The notes under the pieces are model-generated. The model did not search any database, had not been told where the DNA came from, and was given only the letters and a program-made list of their open reading frames with translations. From Klebsormidium nitens (taxonomy: Eukaryota; Plantae; Klebsormidiophyceae), in contig DF237050.1 of assembly GCA_000708835.1 (NCBI GenBank), positions 1 to 56,870 of the forward strand: 56,870 bases of DNA, in the 5' to 3' direction. Shown here in pieces: positions 36,906 through 48,800 of this stretch (the stretch's first letter is position 1; every line of letters starts with the position of its first letter). Made by a program: the position numbers and the translations under genes.

Positions 36906-39528
36906 CTCCTTTCCTTCCGTTGTAGATGGCCGAATCCTGGCACGTCAAGGATTCAAAAGTCGAGGAGAAAGCTTGAAAGCGGACCGAAAGGAACCATATG
37001 CTTGCGCCAGGTGGTTTCTAGCTGCGCGAAACAACTCGCCTAGAAGCTTCTCCTAAATGCTCTCAAAAGCAATACAACTTGCCTGCGCCTGTCTTTGTAC
37101 CTTGTGCTAGGAGAGGATTGGCGCTTTGCAACAGAAAGAATGAAGGCTTTCTGCTCCGAAATATGAGGAGATATGCGCCCCTTCCTCCTAAAGATGATCA
37201 TTGAATACTAATCCGACTCGACACGGAGGACGACTTTCTGTCGTCATGTTGCAGAACTGAATCAAAGCAGCAGATTGCAGATCAGCTTCTTGCTTAAAGA
37301 GGGCGCGCGTGCGCTGTTAGAAAGGCGCCAGGTTGGAAGGGACGCCATCCAGAAACTCCTCTGAAGAGACCCGTCTCAGTTACGAACATGAAAGGACCAA
37401 CCAGAGGACGACGACAGGCCAACTGCTTTTGTCGCAAGCGATTCATGCACGAATAGGACCAAACTGGAAGTCCTTTATAAGAGACTCTGGGTGGCTGCTG
37501 CCAAAATGCTGATGAAAGAGACGGGTCATCCCCACACCAGACAAGCAATGATGGCCACACAAGATCCAGCGCCGATTTGAACCGCCAACTTTCTGGCACA
37601 TGCACACTGGTTTTCAGTTAGACAATAACTACAGCTCTGTGAGAACGGAGACGCGACAGGCTGGCAATGAACGAAAGGGCCAATAATGCAGAACACGTTG
37701 CTCCGACTCTCTTGAACTGAGACTTCGGATATCTGGCGGGTCAGTTTGTCGCTGGGAGTTCACGTGCTTCACTGGAGAAGAATCTCCTTGGAGGATCTTA
37801 CATTTCGGGACGAGTCGAGTTTTTTCCTTGACGATCACGTGACACAGCTCAGTTGGACTGAGAGAATCCGATCCTCTTGTTGAGAGAGACTCCAGTGACG
37901 TCGTTCTGACGATGCGGCGAATCAGCAATAGAAGGCTGTGGTCACTTCGAATTGGATAAGTGCAGACTGCACCTCGTACGGGTGTTGATGAATTGGACAT
38001 GCACGTCCATATTTTGAGGTCGAAATATACCTAAGCATTTTGATTCCTCACGAAAGTTGACGCAGAAGCAAACGCACTTCGAGACGCCTTCGAGACGCAT
38101 GGTAGTCCGTCATTACGCATGGAGAAGCGACTCCGTTCGTTGCGGCTCGCGCACATTGCATGCAACATCGGTCAGCCGTTCAAGCGCTGCTTCGCAAGAC
38201 TCCCTGCCCCGTTGACGATCTCGGGTTAGCTCGACAAGACGCAGGAGAGCTCACTCGACGCAAAGTCGAGGATTAAGCGAAGTTTGTTACGGTGTAACAA
38301 CTTCGCCGGTTTGCTCTCAAATCAGACCCATTCCGCGCAGCTCGAGAAGCAAGTGCTCTGCGCGCTTGAGAATTGAGTGCTGTAGCCTGGAGGACGAGCG
38401 CGAGGCGCGCCTTTGCTTATCGCATCCTTAGTTTCTGATGGGCAGTCTTCAGCTTTGATCTGAGAAGCTTTGTGTCAAGCGGGAGGGAGCCAATAACTTC
38501 CGCGGATATCACGGCACGCAGCTTCGCGAAGAACCCTCAGTCTGCAGTCTGAAGGTGCACAAGAAGACTTCCTTCAAGCACATAGATGTTGACTATATTG
38601 GGGACATGCAACGTCGCATCGTTTTGGCACATCAATCATTGCTGTCTGAGCCAATCTTACATAGATTACCGCACGCCCTTGCGCTTTCAACATGCGTTTG
38701 CGCATACAGCCAGATGAGAACTCCGGTTGGCGGCCATCGCATTGATGTACGAGGCGGGGCCCACGTTTTTACACTGCAACGTAACAGCTATTACTTTTTT
38801 ATCGCATTGATCATGCAACGAAGCTCGCGAACCTTAGCATACACGGAGGCTATTGCAATTAACTTCCCTCTGACTCTCGATCAGATTGAAGCCATGCAGT
38901 AGGCTAATGGATATCGCCGATCTAGCAGGCGCAAAAATTTAGACGGCACCCGTGGCCTAATTGCCCATGCGAAGTCGGTCAAGCTGCGGACCCGTTTGCC
39001 CGGCTCCGAAGGTTCGACTTTTGTGTAATTAAAATGGCGTGCAGTCGGTGTTGACAAGCGCCGGAAGCTTCAATTAGCGACGCCGCATATGTTGCGTTCA
39101 CATCTTGCAGAATCCTGGTCCATCTAGCAACTTGCAATGAGACATCCAAAACGCCAGGAAAAACTAGGACTTCCTCCTTTATTGAACGGCACCGGCCACG
39201 TATTTATATAATATCGTCACTATTAGTCTGCTGGATCCTCGGCTTGCAATTTCTCTTAAGTCCTTTTGAGTACATAATGTGCCTTTGATCCATCTGGAAT
39301 GGGAGTATGCACCTTTCAAATTAGCCGAACACCCTGCGCAAAAGTTTCTCGCAGTAGACTAAACAAACACCTCTAAAACCCCCGGTCAACGAGTAAGCGG
39401 CCATCCAATAGAATGTCTATCTGATCGCCAGGCTGGTTACAAAACGCTTAAGCGAAAGCCTAGACTTTCCAATCAAGGTAAGCTACGAAGCCCCTTTATT
39501 TCGCAAGGTAGCAGTACGAAACTCTTGT

Positions 39529-42500
39529 CTACTTATCCTCCCTGTTCATTGCGCGGACTCTGATAGGCAGCCCGTACAGCTTGATGAACCCGGCGGCATC
39601 TGCCTGGTCGTAGATGTCGTTGCCCTCCTCGAACGTGGAGATGTCTTCCCGGTACAGGCTGTTGACGCTTCGCCGGCTCGCAACCGAGATGCTCCCCTTG
39701 TACAGCTTCAGCTTGATGGACCCCGTGCAGCACTTGGTGACCTCCGTCACGAACGCGTCGAGCGCCTCGCGCAGCGGGTCGAACCACCGGCCCGCGTACA
39801 CGAGCTCAGCGTACTTGAGGGCTATTTGGTCCTGTCAAAAACGAAGAGAACACTCCGCTGAGAACGAGAAGGAACTGGAAAAGGTTTCTTGTCGCTTTTG
39901 TGACCGTCAGTCCCAGCAGCAGTGCAGACAGCAGAGGCAAAGGTACCTGAAGTGGCGTATTTTCTGCGAAATTTGAATTGGCCCACAACTGAACGACGGT
40001 TTCGAAAGGCTGCCAGGAAGGAAGAGCAACTTCCATTCTACGACCTGCGGAAGCGAACCATTTTCTAAACATGCAGCCCTGACGAGACCGCCAACAAGAC
40101 AGCTCGTAGTGCCCATAAAGAAAAGGCTTGACAGCGGATCAACGTGATGATTGCCCCACGCAGAAACTGCAGACGTTCGTGATACGATGCCCACATCTGG
40201 GCAGCGGACTGCCCACCTCATGCGAGAGCTCAAAACCCCGAAGGGAAAGGTAGCTTACCTTGTACTGCATGGTCTCCCTGTCGAGTGTTAGAGACTCGAG
40301 CTCACGGGCCGCTGCCACTAGGATCGTGCCACCTGGCGTCTCGTATACGCCGCGGCTCTTCATGCCCACCAACCTGCAGGACCACGTCAGTGTCAGTCAA
40401 GAATACGGGACTCATTCGTGGCAAAGGGAAACATGGTGACGAACGAACACTGCGAAAGTGTCACAAGGTTATGGGGACCATCCGAGCAGACGGGCTCCGT
40501 TTGGGTGCCCTTTTCAAGGTGCAAACAGGCTCTTAGAAATCCGGCCTTCAACTTTCCGAAGCTCGTCTGTATGGACGAATGCAACCGGCCGCGATCGCAT
40601 GCAGAAATGACTGACAGAAGCCCTTTCAGTTCGAGCAGCGAAGGGTAAAGTCGCGACGTTGAGTCCAGCCCTGCCGCCCACCTGCTCGCATGCAACCATC
40701 TGCAGAAAACCACCGCGACAACAATCGAAAGCGTCGCGGCCGCTCACCTGTTCTCGACCATGTCGCATCGGCCAATGCCGTGCTTGCCCCCAAGGTCGTT
40801 CAGCTTCGTCAACAGCTGCGCCGGGGAGAGCTTCTCCCCGTTGACACTGACGGGCGTCCCCGACTCAAAGTCGATCTCGACGTACTCGGGAGTGTCAGGA
40901 GCGTCCTCGGGATCCACGGTCAGGACGTACATGTCCTTCTTGGGCTCGTTGGCGGGATCCTCCAACACGTCACCCTGCGATATAGGCAACATTAAAATCA
41001 GGTCAATACGATGACAATCAATCCACGTCCTCTCTCGGGTTCTCACTTAATGTCTTGACAAGAAGGTGGCGACTTGCCTTTCCAAGGACAAACGGCTGAA
41101 TAAGAGGGGAATATAATCACATATGCCAGCCGCAAACTCGGAGCTCGAGTACTATGAGCAAGAGGGCAAGGAAGCAGTCCTATTTGGTCGATTAACGGGC
41201 ACGTTCGCTGAAATGTTTTCCGAACTCGCCAAGGAAGACACCCAGACTCGTTCTAGGACGAGACCCTTTTTGATGCATGCTCATGTCTCAGCAGAACCAA
41301 GTGGGCTTACCTCGTGGCTGATGTGCCACAGGTTGCGGTCGCGGCTGTAGATCGACTTTTTGGTGACTGGGACAGGGATGTTGAACTTCTTGGCGTACTC
41401 GATGGCGTCTTCTCTGCCCTTGATATCCTGCAGAATAAGTTGTAGATGGTTAAGGTACGAATGATCGTCGAGACACGATACTCGCTGTAAGGAGTGTTGT
41501 TCTGTGAACAAACTATCTTTTCAGAGGCTTAGGCCAGCATCTCGCATGCCCCTGCGTATTGAACTCGACTCTATCTGTTCACAAAAGCTAATGAAGCCAG
41601 CGTCGGCGACTTTCCCATCGCGATTTGCACGCGGAAACGACATCATTGCGGGTGCACGTCCAACGGCCTTGTATATGACAGGCGCTACTGCTGACTCTGC
41701 GGAGTTGAGATGAAGAAGAAGGACACCGACTTTGTAGATGGCCGCCTACTCAAAATTCAGAATTCAGAAGAGGGAGGGGAAAGACTCCCCTTACCCACTC
41801 TCTCCAGGGAGCGACGACCTTGAGCGAAGGGTTGAGCGCGAAGAACGTCAGCTCGAAACGGACCTGAAAGAGGGTTCACAAGGAACATGTTCACATTCGC
41901 CTGTCCGTTCAATCGCTCCTGTCCAAGGAAATAAGAGCAACGCAAGCACCAAACCGGATGTATGAATCTGCGGCTTGAATAGCAGGCGCCCAATTCAATG
42001 CTCAAGAAAGAAGGCTCGAAGGCTCGGTGAATGTTCCGCAAATCAAATCCCCATCGAACGAAGCTTGCTGAACGAGCAGAGAAGCATCAATTGGTGACTA
42101 GAGAGAAAAAGCAGGGGACATGTGGAAACTGACCTGATCGTTTCCCTTCCCCGTGCAACCGTGAGCAACAGCATCGGCGCCCACCTCCCGAGCAACGTCG
42201 ACCATGGCCTGAAGAAAAGCAAGCGTTTGAGACACCCTTCGAAGTTCCAAGAACCTCCAATTCATCCCAGGAAAACCCCAAAAGGCCCGTACTTACACCT
42301 TTCCCTCACGTCAGTTTTTGCTCAAGAACGAAATAGTGCTGAAGCAAGGCCGAGACTTCGACGACTTCCCTCCTTATCTCGAAAGCTACATGATCTGCCT
42401 TCTATCCTTTTACTCCTGAACACGGAACAGTGGTGCCTTTCGTCTTCGTTGGTCACGAGAACTTTGGACCGATGCGAGCAGATCCAGGCGAGCCGGAAAT

Positions 42501-44933
42501 TTTGAGGACTACCAAAGGATCAAGTCGCTTTGGCATTACGGCAAGAGAAGAGTCAATTCTCCGTCGGACTCGTTTTGAGCGGGACGGTACCTTAGCAATA
42601 ATTGGACGGGCCATCGACGTCCCCAGCAGATACTTGCGCTCATAAACGGCCCCCGCCCTCACGCACGGGAAGATGTAGTCCCTGACAAACTCTTCCGTCA
42701 GGTCGCCTGGCAAGAGAGCGAGTCGATTCATTTAGATGAACTATTTCTGGACTGTAACCACAGCAGCCAGCATTGCCAAAACGTCCTCGAATCGGAGTTG
42801 GAGTCGCACTTTGCTCTGGCTGCCCCACGTTTCCAGACAACTCAGAGCCGCTTTAGTTACTGCACCTTCCAGACAACGCAAATTCGGATATTATAACCCA
42901 GGCTTACCACATCAGTGTTATTAGGAACTCATGTAAAGGTGGATTCTGGTATGCGGAATTTTCAAGCTTCGAAGGGTCGAGATCTGCAGGCTTACCCACA
43001 ACCAGCTTGCTGGCTCCGCTTCCGAGCGCCTTCTTCTCGAGGCCGTCCGTCTCCCCGACGCCCTGGCCCACGTCCGCAGTGAAGCACACCACCTCGCAGC
43101 CGTAGTTCTCCCTGTTGAAGAAGTTGAATGCTTCAGAAGGTCGACACAATGCAAGGATGTGCTACCGAAGACGGGCTGGAAGGTTTTGTCAATAGCATAC
43201 GGAGCGCCAGAGGCGAACGAGAATGTCAAGCGACACAGGGGCCTGTTGCTCAGGTTCGTACCAAGGATATGCCGGTTTGAAGCAATGAAATAGAGCATAT
43301 GAAAAGCTCGTAACTTGCCAGTCAAACGATTGGTCAGGATTCTCAAAGATGCACGTAACGTGCACAACTTTAGTCCATTAGTGTGTTGCTGTGGAGCTGA
43401 TGAGCCTGGGGCTTACTTGAGCCAAGGAACAATCACCGATGTGTCAAGTCCACCGCTGTATGCAAGAACCACCTTGTTCAGCTTGCCTCGTGTCCCGGTC
43501 TTGACCTCCGTCTGGGGCGCAGCAGCCGCAGCAACAGAGACTGCAAAAGTAGGACGGAGGTCTACTCAACTTCAATTGGACCTTTCAGTCCACTGGTTAC
43601 TAAAGTTCGCTAGAAAGGCAGCACACTGACTTGTTGTGGGCAGCATGTCGCCTCGAAGGTCCGACTCTCTGAGTCCCTATAAGGAGAAAGACTCACGAGG
43701 ACTGCCACACTGCCCCGTCACCTGAATTACATGAAGAAAGGCCCCAAAGATGGCACTGCAAAGCTTCCGGAGTGAGCTTCTGACATAATGCACAAAGGGC
43801 AACACATCGGCACAGCATTTCAACCCACTTCTTCTCTCTGCGCCACCCGACTTCCAACAAATAGCCAGAAGGCAGTGACTTGAGTTTTGAATGCCTAACT
43901 TTGACCTTGGTCTTCTGTGTTACTGTCAGGCGCCTCACACACTGGACGGATACTAGGTAAAGCATCAAGAATCAGCGTTTATTCCCACACAGCCCCCAGC
44001 ACAGCGAGATAGAAGTATACCACCACTTGTCGTATCCTGCCATTCACCATGTCTCAGACAATCACCTGCATGATGGCGGTGCGCCACCTTCTTCACAGGA
44101 AGGTCTACAGAGGTCGCCAGATGGAGGCCGGTCACTCTGCTTGATGCAGAGAAGCCCAGGCCTTCAGCCTACCAAGGAAGGATTAGTGGCAATCAGTGCA
44201 AGGTTCCAGGAAATATAGGGTTGGCCTTGTAACCAGGTGATTGGCCAAAGTCAGCGTGATGGTGCCTGGTGGCTGAAGGAATCCACCGGTGTTCCACAGC
44301 AGCAAGCCGCCTCCATGATGGGGGAAGTGGTCGCAAGGTTTACTTTTAAAATTTGTCCATCAAGAAGGTGATGCAAACGATCTGATGGAATATCTTGCAA
44401 GCGTTGAGAGCCGATCATACAACAGATGCTGTTTGAAACATAGTTGCAGCACCTGATTCCAAAATTGGTAAAATACTGACAGTGAATCATTTCAAGATAG
44501 GAAAAGCTGCACCATTACCAGATCTGTTGGCAGAGATGGACGTAATAGCACACTGCCATTTTGTCTAGGATGCAATCAAAGACAAATTTTGTGTTGCATT
44601 AACCCACATTTTGACTGCCCTTTCAGAGCAATTTCAAGATCTGCTTGTGACAAGCTAAGTTCTTAAGCCAGCTGGCCACCAGGTACAGAGATCAGGCGTA
44701 GACTTGTCTTTCACACACAGGCTGGACATGATCTCAAAAGAATGTGAGCTAAACAAGAACTGTGTGATTGAGCAATTGGAGTGAATTAGACTCAGTCAGC
44801 ACAACAGTTCCGCATTGATTACCTTGGGCAACAACACTGGCATGCCTCTGGCCTTCGCAGACTGCTGGCATTGTGTTGCACCTCCGAGAACCGCCTGTAC
44901 TTTGATCAGAGAGGCAGACGCAGTCGATGCCAT
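39529..44933 (-). CDS. ASS: Argininosuccinate synthase, plastid-targeted, 11 exons
   Basis: Exons 44933-44823, 44168-44066, 43530-43417, 43111-42996, 42706-42591, 42208-42134, 41863-41795, 41427-41311, 40974-40748, 40373-40259, 39831-39529. Signature motifs [66 protein letters not shown]. The Ala/Ser-rich N-terminal extension fits a transit peptide. Confidence 0.97.
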
Positions 44934-45164
44934 TGTGGCTGTAAGCAGAGAATACAAGCAGCGTTCTTGCTTTGGTTCCTGAACAATGCCCTTGAGATTT
45001 GCAGCCCTGAAATGGAAGAAGCGGCTCTTGATGTGGATCAAGAGGTCACAGCATTGCACTTTTCGTCCACCATGGATGAAGGGGCCAGCCAGGCTGTTTG
45101 CAGCGCATGCTGTCTGTCACAATACCTCGATTCTCAAAGGGCCTCAACCGTTCAATTCAAAATC

Positions 45165-45330
45165 CATCGGACGGTCCACAAGAACTACCGGTCAGTCTTC
45201 TATCGACGGTCGGAAGGCACCGAGATGGGCAGTACTCCATCGACGGCTATTAGATGAGCAGCGTCGTCGCATAACCAATCATGTGCCCCCAAGATAAGCC
45301 CGCCGCTATCGGACCGTCCATGTTCAGCCC
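45165..45330. promoter_or_regulatory. Divergent ASS/ClpC promoter region with repeated ATCG(G)ACGG-type motifs
   Basis: CATCGGACGG (45165), ATCGACGGT (~45202), CATCGACGG (~45238) and ATCGGACCGTCC (~45308) lie in the ~880 bp between the two start codons. Regulatory function is inferred. Confidence 0.4.
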
Positions 45331-45812
45331 CGCAGTTTCGAACCGCAGAGTCGATGACGTAGACGGCACAGCGAAGATTCTACATGACCCGAGTGCCTTC
45401 TAAGCGTATCCATACCGTCGGTTTTTCAGCATGGACGGCTTCGATCGTATCGTCTTTGGGCCGGTTGATCACCCCAAGTCTGAGTCGCAAGTCGATTTTT
45501 CGACCTTGAAGTTGCAGGGGGCAGATTGAAGAGCTTCTTCCTCGCTTTCTCGAGCTCAAAATCTTGTTGCTGCGTGCGCTTTTCAGGCCCTTCAAGTTGG
45601 CGGAGTCTAGCCTGTGTAGGACAGACTCTTGGAGACTCGGAGGCCTGGAGGAGTTTTTGGCGCCTTTTGGTTGGTTCAAAAACCTTTCTTGTAGATAGAC
45701 ATTCGCTGGCGTGAAGCGAAGCGGCCCAGCAACATCTGTGCGACTTAGGTTTATTTGAAGCGGCCAAGCGGGAATCTTGTAGGAGGTTTGCGACTTTAGT
45801 CAGCAGGTTACA

Positions 45813-48800
45813 ATGACGTCGTCTTTGGTCAGGGCTGGGCTGCAGTCTGGGCAGCTATCCCTTAGCAGCTCGCTTGGCCTCCAGCAGCAGACATGCCAGG
45901 GTGCGCCTCAGGCCGCGCTCGTGCGCATGTCTGCCACTCGGCGACCGAGGAGGAGCGCTCCTGCCAGGTCTCTGGAGTCCTTTTCAGGGATGCGGAAGGC
46001 GAGCGTTGTTGATGTCGCAGGGGCTAGGGGTGTACAGTCAGCAGACTTGAGAGCAGCGGTGGCTGCCTCCATGGAGGCTGTGCCTGTGGGGAGGCAGGCT
46101 GGCAGGCGGGGCGAGACAGTGGCCATGTTCGAGCGGTTCACAGAAAAGGCCATCAAGGTTATCATGCTAGCGCAGGAGGAGGCACGGAGGCTAGGGCATA
46201 ACTTTGTTGGAACAGAGCAGATCCTGCTGGGGTTGATTGGCGAGGGCACGGGGATTGCTGCGAAGGTGCTCAAGTCCCTGGGGGTCAACCTTAAGGAAGC
46301 CAGGGTGGAAGTGGAGAAGATCATCGGGCGGGGGAGTGGTTTCGTGGCCGTGGAAATTCCTTTCACTCCAAGGGCAAAGCGGGTGCTGGAGCTGTCCCTG
46401 GAAGAAGCACGCCAACTGGGTAAGCAACCTCCTAGCAATTGAGCAATTGTTATGAGCAGGCTTGATGGCCATCATCCTTGTTCAGAAAGACCATATCCGA
46501 TGCTTTAAGGGTCAAGAAAGTGGTGTGTCGGTGTTTTCTTCCCTGGCCATTACCAGGTGCACATGAGCAACCTACATTTTGCCCTTGAGCTTTTCTTTGC
46601 GTGATTTTTCGCAGTGTAGTCAAGCAATGCTGAGGCTGTTGGCGCCTCTAAGAGCCTCAGAAATGGACAAGAGCTTTGGAACTGGAAAAGAAGGGATTCA
46701 TTAGTAGTCTTCCTAAACTTGAAGCTCCCTGCCGAAGGAGTGTCTTCTGGATATCTGGTCGTGTCTGCTAAGGCAGGCAGTTTCTTAGGGTTGTCTGGGG
46801 CCACTTGTTGTGATTGTTTGCATTCATGGTGTACGTTAAGAATAATTGCTGAGAGTTTGCAATCTTGTTGCAGCAAGAGCACGCAGTGCTTTGCATTTTT
46901 GTCAGAGGTCAGAAGCAAAGACCTGTGAGTCCTCCTCCAGGGTCATGTATGCTTGAGCACCTTGAGATGTGCCTAGTATTGGCCACAGTTTCAGACTTTT
47001 TGAACACCATCCTTTGCAGGCCACAATTACATTGGGACCGAGCACTTGCTTCTTGGGCTGCTTAGAGAAGGGGAGGGCGTCGCTGCCAGAGTGCTGGAGA
47101 ACTTGGGAGCTGACCCTGGCAACATCAGGACACAGGTAGAGATCGGAACCCTTTGAAAAGAAGGTTCGAGACCAATTTGTCATGAGATTGCTACAAAACT
47201 GCTACACTGGTAATGGTTGATCTAGGCTTTTCGGGCGGTTGACTTTCTGGTGACTGTGTGGGCAGGATCTCTTCTAGAAGAGGCTTTGTTCGATCTTCAC
47301 ATATTGTGGCCCGTCTAGTTAGTGCTCAAGCTTCCTTGCAGCTTGATCAATTGCAGGGCCTTTGCTTTTGTAACACCAGGATTTGGTTTGTTGAGATTCA
47401 TATTAAGGGTAGCAATACCTCTTCTGGATGCAAGAATAGCACCAGTTTTGTTTGGTGCAAGAAAATGAGCACGGCGTCTGGCAGCTGACGTGATGCAGCT
47501 GCAGAACAGCGGCTTGCCTGCAAGCAGAGCTGTTGGCATCTCATCTGCAGTGCATCAGAGCAGCACAGCACTGTTTTTGTTTGTGCAGCGATGGTGAAAT
47601 TGGTGTTTGTTGTGCAGCGAAGATGAAAGTGGTGTTTGTTCTGCGATGACGAAAGTGGTGTTTGTTTGTGGAGCAATGATGAAAGTGGTGGTCAACTTTG
47701 CAGGAGCAAGTGGAGGTGGCGGGTTTTCAACTTGATTTGTACTCTGCAGGTCATCCGGATGGTTGGTGAGAGCGCTGAGCCCGCGGTTGGCGTGGGCGCC
47801 GGCGGCGTGTCTGGGAATACCAAGATGCCGACGCTGGAGGAATATGGCACAAACCTGACAAAGCTTGCTGAAGATGTGAGTTGTTGTTGTTTTCGCTGCA
47901 CATGTTCAGTTGCACAGCAGCTGCAGTACTTCTTTGTTCCTTTGAAATAGGGTCTCTTGCTGCAGAGTGGATGAAGAGTGGTCTAGAGTCGGGCACTGAA
48001 TACAGAATTGTTGATTATTATACAGTACGGCACAATGTGATGAAGTCTGTGGTAGGATGCAATGTGTTGCTGCTTCTGTTTCACTGGTCCCACTTTTGAA
48101 AGTGGCGCGGAAGGAAACTCTGGGGCTTTTTGGAGTGCAACACGTCCAGATGGCAAAAGAAGCACTAACGAGGACTCTCGTAGTTCGCTTCTTTGATGTT
48201 CTTGGCATTGAGCAATTCTGTGGCAGAAAGCTTTTTTGGTTCTTAGCGATGTACTAGCTGCTTTGCTTGGAGCAAGCACTTGGTACAGTTGTTCTCCAGC
48301 CATATGTTCCGCTCTGTATCTCTCTGCTGGCGCCTAGTATGCACTTCCTTGGTTGTGTAGGGTTTCTCTTTGAGCAGCTGTTAGACAAAAGTTAGGCACC
48401 TCTGCATCAGCAGATCGTTGTCACTACATTTCAACTACTAATTAGTCAAAGCTCGCCTTCAATTGTGCTTTTAGCTACCTTTTTCAATGCAGTATACTGT
48501 GGTGGAGTGTTTTCTGGTCACAGATGATCCATCCGCGCTGCACTTTTCCCTCACCTAAGTTACAAATGCCTACTGCACTATACGTTGCACTTCCTCTTAG
48601 CAAATCAAAACCCTCTTGCTTGCAGGGCAAGCTTGACCCTGTGGTAGGCAGGCAGCCCCAGATTGAGCGTGTCACCCAGATCCTCGGCAGGCGTACGAAG
48701 AACAACCCTTGCCTGATTGGCGAGCCCGGTGTCGGAAAGACCGCCATTGCTGAGGGGCTGGCTCAGAGGATTGCCTCAGGAGACGTTCCCGAGACAATTG

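Noticed and set aside
38555-38902. 115-aa ORF in the ANK-ASS intergenic region
   Set aside because: Starts at GTG, lacks coding-like codon bias and motifs, and has no supporting splice structure.
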